From Candidatus Omnitrophota bacterium (GTDB lineage Bacteria; Omnitrophota; Gorgyraeia; JAGLLT01): 64,000 bases of DNA. A program made the translations under genes and the position numbers. The notes beneath the pieces were generated by a model. That model worked only from the letters and a program-made list of their open reading frames with translations, had not been told where the DNA came from and searched no databases. The stretch spans positions 66,125-130,124 of the forward strand of contig DAOVJY010000001.1 in assembly GCA_030632085.1 (NCBI GenBank). The letters are read 5' to 3'. Shown here one piece after another: positions 9,569 to 20,324 of the stretch; position 1 is the stretch's first letter, and the number at the start of each line of letters is the position of its first letter.

Positions 9569-10744
9569 TTACTTCTCAAGCAAGGCTATATTCTCCACGT
9601 GCCTCGTATGCGGAAACATATCTACCGGCTGGACAACCTTCAACTTATAACCGACTTCAATAAATAACCTTATATTATCAAACAAACTCTCGGGATTACA
9701 AGAAATATAGAGCACCTTGGGTATATCAAGTTTTATCAGGCTTTCAAATACCTTTCGGCTGATACCGGCCCGGGGCGGATCAATAATAACTTTATTAAAC
9801 TTACCATGAAGCTCTTGCTGATTATCTTTCAAAAAGAACCTGACATCATCATTAATAAATTTCATATTTTTTATAGAGTTTATCCGCGTATTTTCACGGG
9901 CATTCTCAATAGCCCGGCTATTAACTTCAATCCCCGTAACCTCACTAACACTTTTAGCGATATACAGCCCTATGCCGCCTGAGCCGCAAAACAAATCTAA
10001 AACCTTATCTTCTTTTGATGGTTTTAATAGTTTTTTGGCGGCCGCGTAAAGCGCTCTGAGGCAACGTGAATTAGTTTGAAAGAATGTCTGGCTATAAATC
10101 CTGTAGGTTATACGCCCCACCCTTTCCTCAATAAATTCCTTGCCGTATAAAAGCTTTTCTTTCTCAAATTTAACGGCGTCGGCTGATGAATCATTGATTA
10201 CATGATAAATGCCGGTAATTTTATAACCGTTATTTCCGGGCCGTGATAAAGATAGTAATTTTTTGACATATTCCTCTTTCTTAAACCGGCCCTTACCGGT
10301 AGTTACCAGGATAACCATAATTTCTTTTTTAGTAAGGCTCTTTCTTATCAAAAGATATCGCAAATAACCCTTTTGCCTGTAGCGATGATATCCTTTTAAA
10401 TTATTTTTTCTACCAAACTTAAGCGTAACCCTTAAGACATTAATAACCTCGCGGCCCGCTATAAGGCATTCTTTTAATTCAATAACTCGTCTATTTTGCT
10501 TATTACCGTGCAGCCCCAGGCAAAGGCCGCCGTCTTCTTCGGCATAAAAAGTAAATTCCATTTTATTGCGGTAATTATATTTTATCGGTGAGGGAATAAT
10601 TTTCTTAAGGCGTCTTTTAACCGCGACGCCGTACTTACCAGCTCTTTCTTTAATGAGCTTGGTTTTTAGCTGAAGTTGTTTGCGGTAAGTAATATCCTGC
10701 AGCTTACACCCGCCGCAGCGATTGAAGTGCCTGCAGATTTTCAT
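9569..10744 (-). CDS. rlmD: 23S rRNA m5U methyltransferase RlmD
   Basis: C.HF..CGGC..Q Fe-S motif, YRNK, FFQTN, DPPRAG, YISCNP, DMFPHT.HVE. Confidence 0.92.
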   Translation of the reverse strand: MKICRHFNRCGGCKLQDITYRKQLQLKTKLIKERAGKYGVAVKRRLKKIIPSPIKYNYRNKMEFTFYAEEDGGLCLGLHGNKQNRRVIELKECLIAGREVINVLRVTLKFGRKNNLKGYHRYRQKGYLRYLLIRKSLTKKEIMVILVTTGKGRFKKEEYVKKLLSLSRPGNNGYKITGIYHVINDSSADAVKFEKEKLLYGKEFIEERVGRITYRIYSQTFFQTNSRCLRALYAAAKKLLKPSKEDKVLDLFCGSGGIGLYIAKSVSEVTGIEVNSRAIENARENTRINSIKNMKFINDDVRFFLKDNQQELHGKFNKVIIDPPRAGISRKVFESLIKLDIPKVLYISCNPESLFDNIRLFIEVGYKLKVVQPVDMFPHTRHVENIALLEK

Positions 10745-10814
10745 GATTAAAGGATATGCCTCATTCTTTTGAGCTTTAACGCGGAAGTTTAAATAAAGTC
10801 TCTTTTAATATTAA

Positions 10815-11483
10815 TTACACTTTGATTGAATTTTCTATTATTTTACTTTTTAATATCTTAAATTTTTCTTTTTTGTAATATTCTCGTTCTTTTTTTTCCA
10901 GTAAAGAAGCTAATTTTACATTATAATCATTTTTCGTAAGAGAATTTATATTTTTAAGAATATTATCTAATTTTTTTTGTGAAGCATCTAAAACAACGCC
11001 CTTTCTCAGTAAAAATTCAATATCAAATACATCTCTTATTTCTTTTCTATCTAAAAAAGCATCTATCTTTGACTTCATCATATCAGGCAAACTAACAATA
11101 TTTAGAAGAACCTGATTATTTGAATATATGCTGTAAGCAATAGCCTGCTCGACCTGAACCTTTTTGGTTTCCTTTCTTATTTCAATCTTGAGGGAGCGCG
11201 GATAATCTTTAGATTTTAATTCAAAAAGCAAGGTATAAAACTTATCGGCAGCATCTTTCAGCGTGTAAAACTTGCTTAAACAACTGCTTAATTGCTTAAA
11301 CAATTTATCCTGATCTATATTTTCAAATATCCAAAAATCCAAATCTACAGAATATCTATTCAACCCATAGCATAACCTCAACATGGTGCCACCCGTAAAA
11401 ATAATATTATTTAAAAACTTGCCGCTGTTGAGCCTGTCTAAAACTTCTAATTCAAATTGTTCTTGTTTGATTAAATCTTGCAT
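10815..11483 (-). CDS. AbiEii-family nucleotidyltransferase toxin
   Basis: GGT.LRL.YG..R.S.DLDF; K..A...R...RDVFD. Confidence 0.9.
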   Translation of the reverse strand: MQDLIKQEQFELEVLDRLNSGKFLNNIIFTGGTMLRLCYGLNRYSVDLDFWIFENIDQDKLFKQLSSCLSKFYTLKDAADKFYTLLFELKSKDYPRSLKIEIRKETKKVQVEQAIAYSIYSNNQVLLNIVSLPDMMKSKIDAFLDRKEIRDVFDIEFLLRKGVVLDASQKKLDNILKNINSLTKNDYNVKLASLLEKKEREYYKKEKFKILKSKIIENSIKV

Positions 11484-12058
11484 ATTCTTTTTACCGCGTT
11501 TTTAGTTTTTTGAGGAAAGGCCTTTATAATTTCTGATATTTCATCTTTATCTAACGCGTCAATGTTTATTGAACTTAAATCTATTTTGTATTTCCCAAAT
11601 GAATAAAGGTAAACTATATCCACAAAAGCCTTTTCCTTGGTGGCAATAAAAAAATTATTCTTCTTCTTAAAGCTAAAATAAAACTCTTTCTTTATCTTAT
11701 AAAAATTGAAAGATACTTGCCCTTTTCTAAACTTCACAGAACGTTTTAATCCCGCGCTTTCATAAAAATTTCGTAAAACCTGTGTGGTTATTTCATATGC
11801 TGATAAAGCGGTCATAAAAGAGATATACGAAGGAACCTGTAGAAAATTTGATAGCTGAAAGAAATCTTCATTAGAAAGATTTTCCCAGTTTTGCTCTAAA
11901 ATATAAAAGTTTTTTTTTAATCTAATAAATATACCTTTTTTGACATAGCGATTACATAATACATAAGCAGATGCCAGCTTAATATCAAAAGCGGAAGCTG
12001 CATCCTCAATTGTAAAATAGAGTTTTTCTTTGAGTTTTGATAACTTCGAATAATCCAT
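11471..12058 (-). CDS. AbiEi-family antitoxin
   Basis: wHTH with RLKK..Y, PSYIS..TAL, A..EKA.VD; overlaps the toxin. Confidence 0.85.
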   Translation of the reverse strand: MDYSKLSKLKEKLYFTIEDAASAFDIKLASAYVLCNRYVKKGIFIRLKKNFYILEQNWENLSNEDFFQLSNFLQVPSYISFMTALSAYEITTQVLRNFYESAGLKRSVKFRKGQVSFNFYKIKKEFYFSFKKKNNFFIATKEKAFVDIVYLYSFGKYKIDLSSINIDALDKDEISEIIKAFPQKTKNAVKRICKI

Positions 12059-12072
12059 ATCAAGAACACATC

Positions 12073-12117
12073 CTTAACATTTATGTTAAGTATATACCCT
12101 TAAGACTAAAATGTCAA
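12073..12117 (-). promoter_or_regulatory. abiE promoter with palindromic operator
   Basis: TTGACA-N17-TATACT; CTTAACAT-tt-ATGTTAAG at 12073-12090. Confidence 0.75.
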
Positions 12118-12148
12118 GCAAAAAAGTCGATAAATTTCAATTCTTCTT

Positions 12149-12180
12149 CCGCAGCGATTGAAGTGCCTGCGGATTTTCAT
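12149..12180 (-). repeat. Duplicated 5' end of rlmD (direct repeat of 10713-10744)
   Basis: 31/32 identity; encodes MKIRRHFNRCG, then stops. Confidence 0.9.
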
Positions 12181-12181
12181 T

Positions 12182-13099
12182 TTATAGAATATACCCCAGT
12201 TCCCTTAAGGTCTCCATGTCTTTCTGCCAATTTTCCTGGACCTTAACCCAGAGATCAAGATAAATTCTCTTTGAGAAAACTTTCTCTAATTCCAGGCGGG
12301 CTTCCCGGCCAACTTCTTTTAAAATATTAGCTTTTTTACCGATAACGATAGCCTTCTGGGATTTGCGCTCAACTATAATCGTCGCCTGAATAAATAAAAC
12401 CTTATTTTGCCGTTCTTCAATATTATCCACCTTAACGGCTACTGAATGTGGAATTTCTTTCTTCATATGAGTGAATATTTTCTCCCTTATAACGTCAGAG
12501 ATGAAAAGTTTATCAGGCAAATCGCTATCCACATCCGGCGGATAAAATGGTTTCGAAGGCGGCAGATATTCAAAGATGGCATTTAAAACTTTATCCAGTC
12601 CTTTTTTCTCTAAGGCGGAAATAGGTATATAGTATTTTAAAGGGTCATTATGTTTACCAACGGCTTCCTTCCAGAGGCATATATAATCATCGGCATACGT
12701 TTGCCCCAAATCTCTTTTATTTAAAACCATGATAACCGGCTTTTTCAATTCCCATAACTGGCTTAAGACTTCTTCTTCCTCTCTGCCCGGGTGCCGGCTT
12801 AAATCAACCATATATAAAACTATATCGGCTTCATCTTTAGCTGAAAAACTCCTGGAAGATAAGAATTTCATAAGGTGTTTATTGGATAAATATATCCCCG
12901 GTGTATCTACAAAGACAATCTGGCCCCTGGAATCATTAAAAATTCCCCTTATGGAAAACCTGGTTGTTTGCGGCACACGAGAAATAATGCTTACTTTTTT
13001 GCCTAAGACATTATTTAAAAAGGTCGACTTACCTACGTTGGGCCTGCCGACTAAGACCGCGAAACCGGCTTTTGCTTTTGGTTTATTCATCGTTTTCAC
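12182..13099 (-). CDS. era: GTPase Era
   Basis: GRPNVGKST, PQTTR, DTPG, NKxD, KH domain. Confidence 0.96.
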   Translation of the reverse strand: MKTMNKPKAKAGFAVLVGRPNVGKSTFLNNVLGKKVSIISRVPQTTRFSIRGIFNDSRGQIVFVDTPGIYLSNKHLMKFLSSRSFSAKDEADIVLYMVDLSRHPGREEEEVLSQLWELKKPVIMVLNKRDLGQTYADDYICLWKEAVGKHNDPLKYYIPISALEKKGLDKVLNAIFEYLPPSKPFYPPDVDSDLPDKLFISDVIREKIFTHMKKEIPHSVAVKVDNIEERQNKVLFIQATIIVERKSQKAIVIGKKANILKEVGREARLELEKVFSKRIYLDLWVKVQENWQKDMETLRELGYIL

Positions 13100-13724
13100 T
13101 ATTGATCTTTCTATTTAAGCTGCTTATGTATAAAGTAATTATAATAAATTGTTTGGCTTCATTGTAATGAATTATTATATTATCTTCAAGTTTGCCCTTC
13201 TTGATCCTACGCCAGTTGGTAATCCGCTCATCACAAATAGGCATCTGCCCATAGGCTCCGCCGAAGGTAAAGTAAAAATCGTTATTTTTCTTTAAAAAAA
13301 CAAGAACCTCGTCACACAACTCATAAGCCGACTTGCGTTTTGCGGGCGCGTTATCTTCTCTGGCATAAACACTTATAACTTCAGAGGCACAACTGCCTTT
13401 TATAATCTCCTTTATCTTTAAAAGGGATAATTGGTAATATGTGACATTGTTAAACTTAAAACAAACCGGCCGGCTGGAAACCACCTCCGCCCTGGCTATT
13501 AAATCGGCACCTCTGGTAAGCTCTTCAACGCTTAACATATTTTCCGGCACTTCATTTACAAAGGTCATTCCCCAGGTTACACCGACACCGTCCGCAGAGC
13601 TGGCCGATAAATTACCTCCGGTAGTAGCCGCGCAGCCTAAACACAAAAAAAGCAGCCCCAAAAACGCCACTAAAACTTTAAACAAACAAGCTGAATAAAT
13701 ATTATCTATCTTCCTCATAAACAC
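13083..13724 (-). CDS. Hypothetical lipoprotein
   Basis: Lipobox LCLGC; overlaps both neighbours in the operon. Confidence 0.65.
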   Translation of the reverse strand: MFMRKIDNIYSACLFKVLVAFLGLLFLCLGCAATTGGNLSASSADGVGVTWGMTFVNEVPENMLSVEELTRGADLIARAEVVSSRPVCFKFNNVTYYQLSLLKIKEIIKGSCASEVISVYAREDNAPAKRKSAYELCDEVLVFLKKNNDFYFTFGGAYGQMPICDERITNWRRIKKGKLEDNIIIHYNEAKQFIIITLYISSLNRKINSENDE

Positions 13725-14487
13725 TCATTAAATCCAGGTAATCATCATAATAAAGCTCTCCTGATATTTCTCTCCTAATTAATGCCTGGCGCATATCATG
13801 CGGCGGATGGCTCCTAAAATAAGTATAAACCCTGGATGATCTTTTCTTATCAAGTTCAGCCAGTTTATCCAACATAGAAAGTGCCGCTTTAGGATCATAT
13901 CCGGCCCGGGTCATATACCTAACCGATAATTTATCAGCTTCTTTCTCATATTCCCTTGAATACTGCATCATAAGGGATATATATGTAAAATTACTGCCTC
14001 TATGATAACCTCTATCGGTATTGCCAATCATCGCGAGAGCGCTTAAAAATGTATAAAGATATTCACCCTGCAGCTGCTTCATAGAATGCCTGGCGGCTAC
14101 GTGGCCGACCTCATGGGCAACAACCGCCGCAATCTCGTCATCCGAATCAGCCGCCTCCACCAAGCCGCTGCTGAGATATACATAACCACCCGGAAGAGCT
14201 AAAGCGTTAACCTCTTTATCATCAATAACGGCAAAATGGTACTGTAGGTCGTCTCTATCGGAAACCCGGGCAATTTTCGCTCCAATATCCTTCACCCTTT
14301 TTTGAACTTCTTCGTCTTCACATAAGCCGTATTTTTTCTCAATTTTCTTTGAAATCTTCTTGCCCAGACGCACTTCTTTCGCGGTTGAATACAATATACG
14401 CTCGTGCTGATGAGTAGCCGTATTATATTGAGTTGCCATACATCCCGAGAGACACATAAATAAAATGAAAAATACATATTTTTTCAT
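13702..14487 (-). CDS. M48-family zinc metalloprotease lipoprotein
   Basis: LSGC lipobox, NALALPGG, HEVGH, YSRE.E.EAD, SHP. Confidence 0.92.
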   Translation of the reverse strand: MKKYVFFILFMCLSGCMATQYNTATHQHERILYSTAKEVRLGKKISKKIEKKYGLCEDEEVQKRVKDIGAKIARVSDRDDLQYHFAVIDDKEVNALALPGGYVYLSSGLVEAADSDDEIAAVVAHEVGHVAARHSMKQLQGEYLYTFLSALAMIGNTDRGYHRGSNFTYISLMMQYSREYEKEADKLSVRYMTRAGYDPKAALSMLDKLAELDKKRSSRVYTYFRSHPPHDMRQALIRREISGELYYDDYLDLMSVYEEDR

Positions 14488-14526
14488 AGGAGTTATTATA
14501 CCACATTAATCAATAGCATAAAGGAA

Positions 14527-16581
14527 TTATATGAAAGGCTTTATATAATATTTAAACAGCTTTTTATGAGCTGAGCTTTCTATAAATTCAGGCTCGCGAA
14601 ACAAGTCAAACGCGTCTTTCCTTGCTTTTTTTAAAACAGCTTCATCTTTTATTAAGTCAGCTATTTTTAAGTCATTAAAACCGTGCTGCCTGAGTCCGAA
14701 AAATTCTCCCGGCCCCCTGATCATTAAATCCTCTTCGGCTATCTTAAAACCCGAGGAAACCTTAGACATAATCCCCAGGCGCCTTTTGGCAACATCATTT
14801 AAGGCGGATGAAACCAGAATGCAGTAAGACTCATAAGGCCCCCTGCCGATACGGCCCCGAAGCTGGTGCAGCTGGCTTAAACCAAAGCGCTCGGCATGCT
14901 CAATAAGCATAACTGAGGCATTAGCAACATCAATACCAACTTCAATAACTATAGTTGATATTAAGATATCAATTTTATTATTTTTAAACTTAAGCATAAC
15001 TTTATCTTTTTCATCCGCTTTCATTTGCCCATGCAAAAGCCCTACTTTATATTTGCTGAAAATATCCTTTTTAAGATGTTCATACATTTCTTTGGCGGCT
15101 TTAAGTTCGAGTTTTTTAGATTTTTCCACTAAAGGATAAACAATATATGCCTGCCTGCCCTTTTTTATCTCTTGCTTAATAAAATCGTATGCCCCGTCAA
15201 TTTTCTTTTTAGTTACCCACCAGGTGGTAATTTTCTTTCTACCGGAGGGAAGTTCATCAATTACGGAAACATCTAAGTCTCCATATATACTATAAGTGAG
15301 AGTTCTGGGAATAGGGGTAGCGGTCATAATCAACATATCGGGGTTCTGGCCTTTTTTAAATAAAATGTCTCTTTGAATAACGCCGAATTTATGCTGTTCA
15401 TCTATAATTACCAGGCCCAGCTTCTTAAAAACAACACTTTCTTGAATGAGGGCGTGTGTACCGATAATAATATCTATCTTATGATTTTTTATTTTATCTA
15501 TTAACTCACTTTTTTCTTTTTTCTTTCTCTGGGAGATTAAAAGGCCAATACTAATTTTAAACCCTTTCATTAAGCGTTTAAAGGTCCTATAGTGCTGCTC
15601 GGCCAATACTTCCGTAGGCGCCATCAGAGCCGCTTGATAGCCGGCTGATAAAGCATAAAGCGCGCTTATTAAAGCTACAACCGTCTTGCCCGAACCAACA
15701 TCGCCCTGTAAGAGCCTGCGCATACTCCGGGGCTTTATTAAATCATCTCTTATCTCGGCAATAACTTTCTTCTGGGCTTGAGTTAGTTCAAAAGGCAACT
15801 TTTTAATAAAATCATCTACCAACGGTTTTTTAAAACTGAATTCTATGCCGGTGCGTACATACTTGTCATTATGCTTTTTTGAAGCCATTACCAACTGTAA
15901 TCCGAAAAACTCTTCATAAATCAGCCTTTTCCTTGCCGCGATGACAGAATCATTACTTTCAGGAAAATGAATATCGTTAATAGCTTTATTAATATTTATA
16001 AAGCCGTATCTTTTTTTAAGGTTTTCAGGTAGGTTATCTTCTAGAACTTCCGCGAATTCATTTACAGCGTTAAAACTAATCTTTCTTAAAACTCGCTGAC
16101 TGATACCTTTGCTCAGGCCGTAGATTGGAACTATTCTTTTGGTGTGCAGCGTATCTTCGGGGGCCTCATCTTCAGGAATTAACTCATATTCAGGATTAAT
16201 TACCTGCAATCCGTTTCTTTTTAAAATCTTACCGTAAATAATCAACCGCTCACCAACTTTAAAATTATCCTTTAAATACGGCTGATTAAACCAAACGGCG
16301 TTTATCCGGCCGCCCTCATCACCCAGGGCCATTTGAAAAATAGAGAGTTTATTGCGTGCCCTGCGTGAGCCTTTAGCTAATATTTCAGCCTCAAACGACT
16401 GCGGCCGCCCTTCTTTTAAATCTTTGATTTTTTTTAAGCGGCGTCTATCTTCATATCTGTAAGGAAAATAATAAAGCAGGTCTTTTAAATTGTATATACC
16501 CAGTTGATTCAGAATTTTGAATTTTCCGGGGCCTACTCCTTTGACAAATCGCGCGGAGGTTAAAAATGGATCTAGTTTCAT
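14527..16581 (-). CDS. recG: ATP-dependent DNA helicase RecG
   Basis: QGDVGSGKT, DEQHKFG, TATPIPRT, QLRGRIGRG, RGPGE. Confidence 0.97.
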   Translation of the reverse strand: MKLDPFLTSARFVKGVGPGKFKILNQLGIYNLKDLLYYFPYRYEDRRRLKKIKDLKEGRPQSFEAEILAKGSRRARNKLSIFQMALGDEGGRINAVWFNQPYLKDNFKVGERLIIYGKILKRNGLQVINPEYELIPEDEAPEDTLHTKRIVPIYGLSKGISQRVLRKISFNAVNEFAEVLEDNLPENLKKRYGFININKAINDIHFPESNDSVIAARKRLIYEEFFGLQLVMASKKHNDKYVRTGIEFSFKKPLVDDFIKKLPFELTQAQKKVIAEIRDDLIKPRSMRRLLQGDVGSGKTVVALISALYALSAGYQAALMAPTEVLAEQHYRTFKRLMKGFKISIGLLISQRKKKEKSELIDKIKNHKIDIIIGTHALIQESVVFKKLGLVIIDEQHKFGVIQRDILFKKGQNPDMLIMTATPIPRTLTYSIYGDLDVSVIDELPSGRKKITTWWVTKKKIDGAYDFIKQEIKKGRQAYIVYPLVEKSKKLELKAAKEMYEHLKKDIFSKYKVGLLHGQMKADEKDKVMLKFKNNKIDILISTIVIEVGIDVANASVMLIEHAERFGLSQLHQLRGRIGRGPYESYCILVSSALNDVAKRRLGIMSKVSSGFKIAEEDLMIRGPGEFFGLRQHGFNDLKIADLIKDEAVLKKARKDAFDLFREPEFIESSAHKKLFKYYIKPFI

Positions 16582-16599
16582 GATAGGACAATTTGAAGA

Positions 16600-17268
16600 T
16601 TAGTGATTTTTAAAATCATCTAGCGGTAATTTCTCATCAAAGCTAAGGCCCATTCTCCAAGTGTTTCCTTCCTCCTGGCGAGCCCAGAGTACTTTACCCT
16701 TAATCAAAATTATTTTATTCGTACCCATAACACCCATACGCACTTCCACCGGTGTATCCATAGGAAATAGCTGCTCACTAAATAATTGCATACTATCACT
16801 GCTTAAATTAGCGGATATACCAACGTAGCCTTGCTTGCTGCCCTGTTTTCTTATATCAATCTGAAAAAGGCGGTTATACCTATCACCTCTCCTCTTACCT
16901 TCAATCATATTTGGTTTAATATAATATTTATTGATAGCATTTTGAGGTTCATCAAACTTTATACCGGCCTTCCAGATGCCGGTCTTGGTTCTCTCTGCCC
17001 GCTCCACAACACCTTTTAAAACTATCTCTCCTTCGGTCCCGGGCAAAATAAGACGGATACCCACAGGAGCATCCGCTTCTAATTCTTCTTCTGTAAAAAT
17101 TTCCATACCTTCGGAAGCAAGTTTAGATATACCTAAACCTCCAACACTGATGTCACCTGAAATCAAGCTTAATATGCGGTGGTTTAGAAAATTTTCAACT
17201 TCAACCTGGAACTTTAACCTAAGTCTTTTGAATTTTCTTTTTTCCGGATATTCATTCTTTTCAATCAT
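16600..17268 (-). CDS. Tandem PilZ domain protein
   Basis: Two RxxxR + (D/N)xSxx(G/S) units. Confidence 0.8.
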   Translation of the reverse strand: MIEKNEYPEKRKFKRLRLKFQVEVENFLNHRILSLISGDISVGGLGISKLASEGMEIFTEEELEADAPVGIRLILPGTEGEIVLKGVVERAERTKTGIWKAGIKFDEPQNAINKYYIKPNMIEGKRRGDRYNRLFQIDIRKQGSKQGYVGISANLSSDSMQLFSEQLFPMDTPVEVRMGVMGTNKIILIKGKVLWARQEEGNTWRMGLSFDEKLPLDDFKNH

Positions 17269-17462
17269 ACGTATACCTCACATAAATATTATACCACCCC
17301 CGGCTTACTTATCAAGAAATTATTTTTTTAACCATGTCTTTGAGATAATTTAAAGATACTCTTAAAGTATTTAAACAATTTTATATCTTTTAAAACGTAT
17401 TGAATTTTTGGTTATTTAGTGATAAACTATTTACTACACTTTAATAACCTTAAAAGGAGAAA

Positions 17463-20051
17463 ATGATGTATAAAAAGTTAAATAACAAATGGATGGTATT
17501 AGTTTTCTTGTTGCTCTTAAGCTGTTTCGCGCTCTCAGCCTGCGGAGTCAATAAAGAGAAACAGGCCGGGCAATTCTATGATTCAGGCAATAATTACCTT
17601 AAGAACAATAAGGTAGCTGAGGCGGTTATTAGTTTTAAAAACTCTTTGCAGCTTAATCCGGAATATATTGAAGCCCGCTATAAGCTGGCTGCCTGCTATA
17701 CGGCACAAGGTAAATATGAAGCCGCCGCTAAAGAACTCCGGACATCTCTCGAAATCAGCCCGAAAAATACAACCGTCAAGTTGGAATTGGCCAGAATAAT
17801 GCTTTTACTTAATAACACTGAAGAAGCCGGTAAACTAGCTACGGATGTGATTGAATCCAACCCGCTTGAAGCCAAATCCTATTTACTTCTAGCACAGGTT
17901 AATATAGCTCAAAAAAACTACGAAAAAGCCCTTGAGAATGCTGATTCCGCCATGAAACTCGATCCTAAACTTATAGACGCTCCTTTAATTAAAGCGGCTA
18001 TCTATATTCAAATAGGAAAACAAAAAGAGGCGCTTGATGTCATAAAGAACGCTTCAAAGTCTAATCCGGACAATGCGCTTTTACATCTGCAATTAGGCCA
18101 AATTTATTCCGCCCAGCTAAACTTAGATAATGCTCTTGAAGAATATAAGAAGGCTATTAAAATCAAACCTGACTTAACGGCGGCTAAAATAGCTCTTGCT
18201 AATACATATTTAATAAAGAACATGCCTGATGAAGCCCTAAAAATTGGAGAAGAGCTTAAATCAAAAAATATAAATAATCTGGCTGTCAGTTATATAATTG
18301 GTACTTCTTGCCTGCAAAAAGGTGATTATAAAGAAGCCGGTGAGGAGTTCTATAGGATTATTGAGAAAAATCCCAAGCTGGACCAGGTGCACTTTAACCT
18401 GGCAGTCTGCCTTGAGGCTCAAGGCAAAACCGAACAAGCGCTAAACCACCTTAAAGAAGCGCTGAATCTTAACCCTAAAAACATTAATGCCCTCTTTGAA
18501 ATAGGATTGATTTACTTAAAGAAAACGGAGTTTGAACAATCTCTGATAAAAGCCAATAAAATCATTGAATATTATCCAAAAAGCGCGGCCGGTTATGACT
18601 TAAAGGGCAGAATTTACATGCTTCAGGGTAAATTAAATGACGCGCGGTTGAATATTGAAAAAGCTGTTAATCTTAATCCTGATTCAGTTACCGGCCATAT
18701 CAGTTTGGCCGGAATATACATCGCCCAGGGCAATATAGATAAATCTAAAAAAGAAGCTAAAAAAGCCCTAAGCTTAAGCCCGGATAACGCGGAAGTTAAT
18801 AATCTCTACGGCAGTGTTTTGGCCGCGGCTGAAGAATATGATAATGCCATTGGATATTTTGAGAAATCTATTAAGATTAATAAAGAGTATCTTAGCCCTT
18901 ATTTCTCATTAGCCCGCGTTTATCTTCTTCAGGAAAAATACAAAAAAGCTGAAAATGAATTTAAGAAGGTTTTAAAAATAGCCCCCAAGAACATAGATGC
19001 CCGATTAGGCATGGCAACCGTTTATGGAATTCAAGGCCATACCGATAAAACAACCAGAGAACTTGAAAATATTTTATCGGATAATCCCGACCTAAGCCCT
19101 ATTCAGCTTAACTTAGGTAAGATTTACACTCAAGCGGGTAAATATAAAGAATCTGAAAGTCTCGCTAAGAAAATTATCCAAAAAGACCCCGGTAATATCC
19201 TGGGTTATTATATTCTGGGTAATACTTATTTAGCTCAGGATATGTTTGATAAAGCGATAGAACAGTTTGAAACCGTAACCACGCTTGTACCTGAAGATAT
19301 CGGAGCGCATTATAATTTAGGCGGTGTTTACGCGGCCAGCGGTAATTTTGCCAGAGCCAGAAGCGAATACAAAAGAGCGCTTGAGATAAACGAGAACTTT
19401 AACCCCGCCAACCTGGCTTTAGCTAATATATATATTCAGGAAAATAAATATGACAGCGCCAAAAAGATATACACCGCCCTCTTAGCAAAACACCCTGATA
19501 ATTTATATGTCCTACTGCAGCTGGGGTCTGTTAATATTAATCAAAATAATGCCGCTCAAGCCCTGAAACTCTTTACCAGAGCGCTGGATCTTGCCCCTGA
19601 GTCGGTTTCAGTTAAGATGAACCTGGCGCTAGCCTACGATTTATCGGGTGATAAAGATAATGCTATAAACGCGTATAAAGAGGTTATCAATCTCTCCCCT
19701 GAACACTCCTTCGCTTATAACAACCTGGCCTGGCTTTATCAGGAAAAGGGTTTACTTGATAAAGCACTCCTAAATGCTAAAAAAGCGGAAAAAATTAACG
19801 ATAAAGAAGCGGCCATTAAAGACACCTTGGGCTGGATTTACTTTAAGATGGATAAATTAAGAGAAGCTGCCGGCTACATCTCCAAAGCCATAGAGTTAAA
19901 ACCTGACGACGACACAATTAATTATCATATGGCTGAGGTATATTTCAAGCAAAATAAAAAAGATAAGGCTCTTTCCTATGTCAGAAAAGCCCTTGCGATA
20001 AATCCGGATTCAACCGAGGCAAAAAATTTACTTACCAAGCTGCACCAGTAA
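17463..20051 (+). CDS. TPR-repeat lipoprotein, PrsT-like (PEP-CTERM system-associated)
   Basis: LSAC lipobox; many TPRs; NNLAW...DTLGWI C-terminal motif; adjacent to PEP-CTERM genes. Confidence 0.75.
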   Translation: MMYKKLNNKWMVLVFLLLLSCFALSACGVNKEKQAGQFYDSGNNYLKNNKVAEAVISFKNSLQLNPEYIEARYKLAACYTAQGKYEAAAKELRTSLEISPKNTTVKLELARIMLLLNNTEEAGKLATDVIESNPLEAKSYLLLAQVNIAQKNYEKALENADSAMKLDPKLIDAPLIKAAIYIQIGKQKEALDVIKNASKSNPDNALLHLQLGQIYSAQLNLDNALEEYKKAIKIKPDLTAAKIALANTYLIKNMPDEALKIGEELKSKNINNLAVSYIIGTSCLQKGDYKEAGEEFYRIIEKNPKLDQVHFNLAVCLEAQGKTEQALNHLKEALNLNPKNINALFEIGLIYLKKTEFEQSLIKANKIIEYYPKSAAGYDLKGRIYMLQGKLNDARLNIEKAVNLNPDSVTGHISLAGIYIAQGNIDKSKKEAKKALSLSPDNAEVNNLYGSVLAAAEEYDNAIGYFEKSIKINKEYLSPYFSLARVYLLQEKYKKAENEFKKVLKIAPKNIDARLGMATVYGIQGHTDKTTRELENILSDNPDLSPIQLNLGKIYTQAGKYKESESLAKKIIQKDPGNILGYYILGNTYLAQDMFDKAIEQFETVTTLVPEDIGAHYNLGGVYAASGNFARARSEYKRALEINENFNPANLALANIYIQENKYDSAKKIYTALLAKHPDNLYVLLQLGSVNINQNNAAQALKLFTRALDLAPESVSVKMNLALAYDLSGDKDNAINAYKEVINLSPEHSFAYNNLAWLYQEKGLLDKALLNAKKAEKINDKEAAIKDTLGWIYFKMDKLREAAGYISKAIELKPDDDTINYHMAEVYFKQNKKDKALSYVRKALAINPDSTEAKNLLTKLHQ

Positions 20052-20073
20052 ATAAAAAAACTATATCCACTAA

Positions 20074-20108
20074 TAAAAAAGGAGTAAGTATAAAACTTAC
20101 TCCTTTTT
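20074..20108. terminator. Bidirectional intrinsic terminator
   Basis: aaaaaggagtaag-tataaaa-cttactccttttt between convergent genes. Confidence 0.8.
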
Positions 20109-20138
20109 AAATTTACATTTTTGCCTTTTAATCAATCC

Positions 20139-20324
20139 TCAGCCGGCTTTAGCGCGCAATTTCTCTTGCTTTTTTATTATATCCTTAGAATAATATTTTC
20201 TTAGTTTATTCCATTCAGATAGCCACCTTAACTTATCCTCTGAAGACCACTTCGAATATTCTATTATCTTATCTTCTTCTACATAATATTCAAACCCAAT
20301 ATTTTTATTTTCTTTGCTATTCAT
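20139..20324 (-). CDS. Small helical partner of the nucleotidyltransferase (TA-like)
   Basis: Overlaps the upstream gene; 61 aa with S.EDKL.WL motif. Confidence 0.6.
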   Translation of the reverse strand: MNSKENKNIGFEYYVEEDKIIEYSKWSSEDKLRWLSEWNKLRKYYSKDIIKKQEKLRAKAG

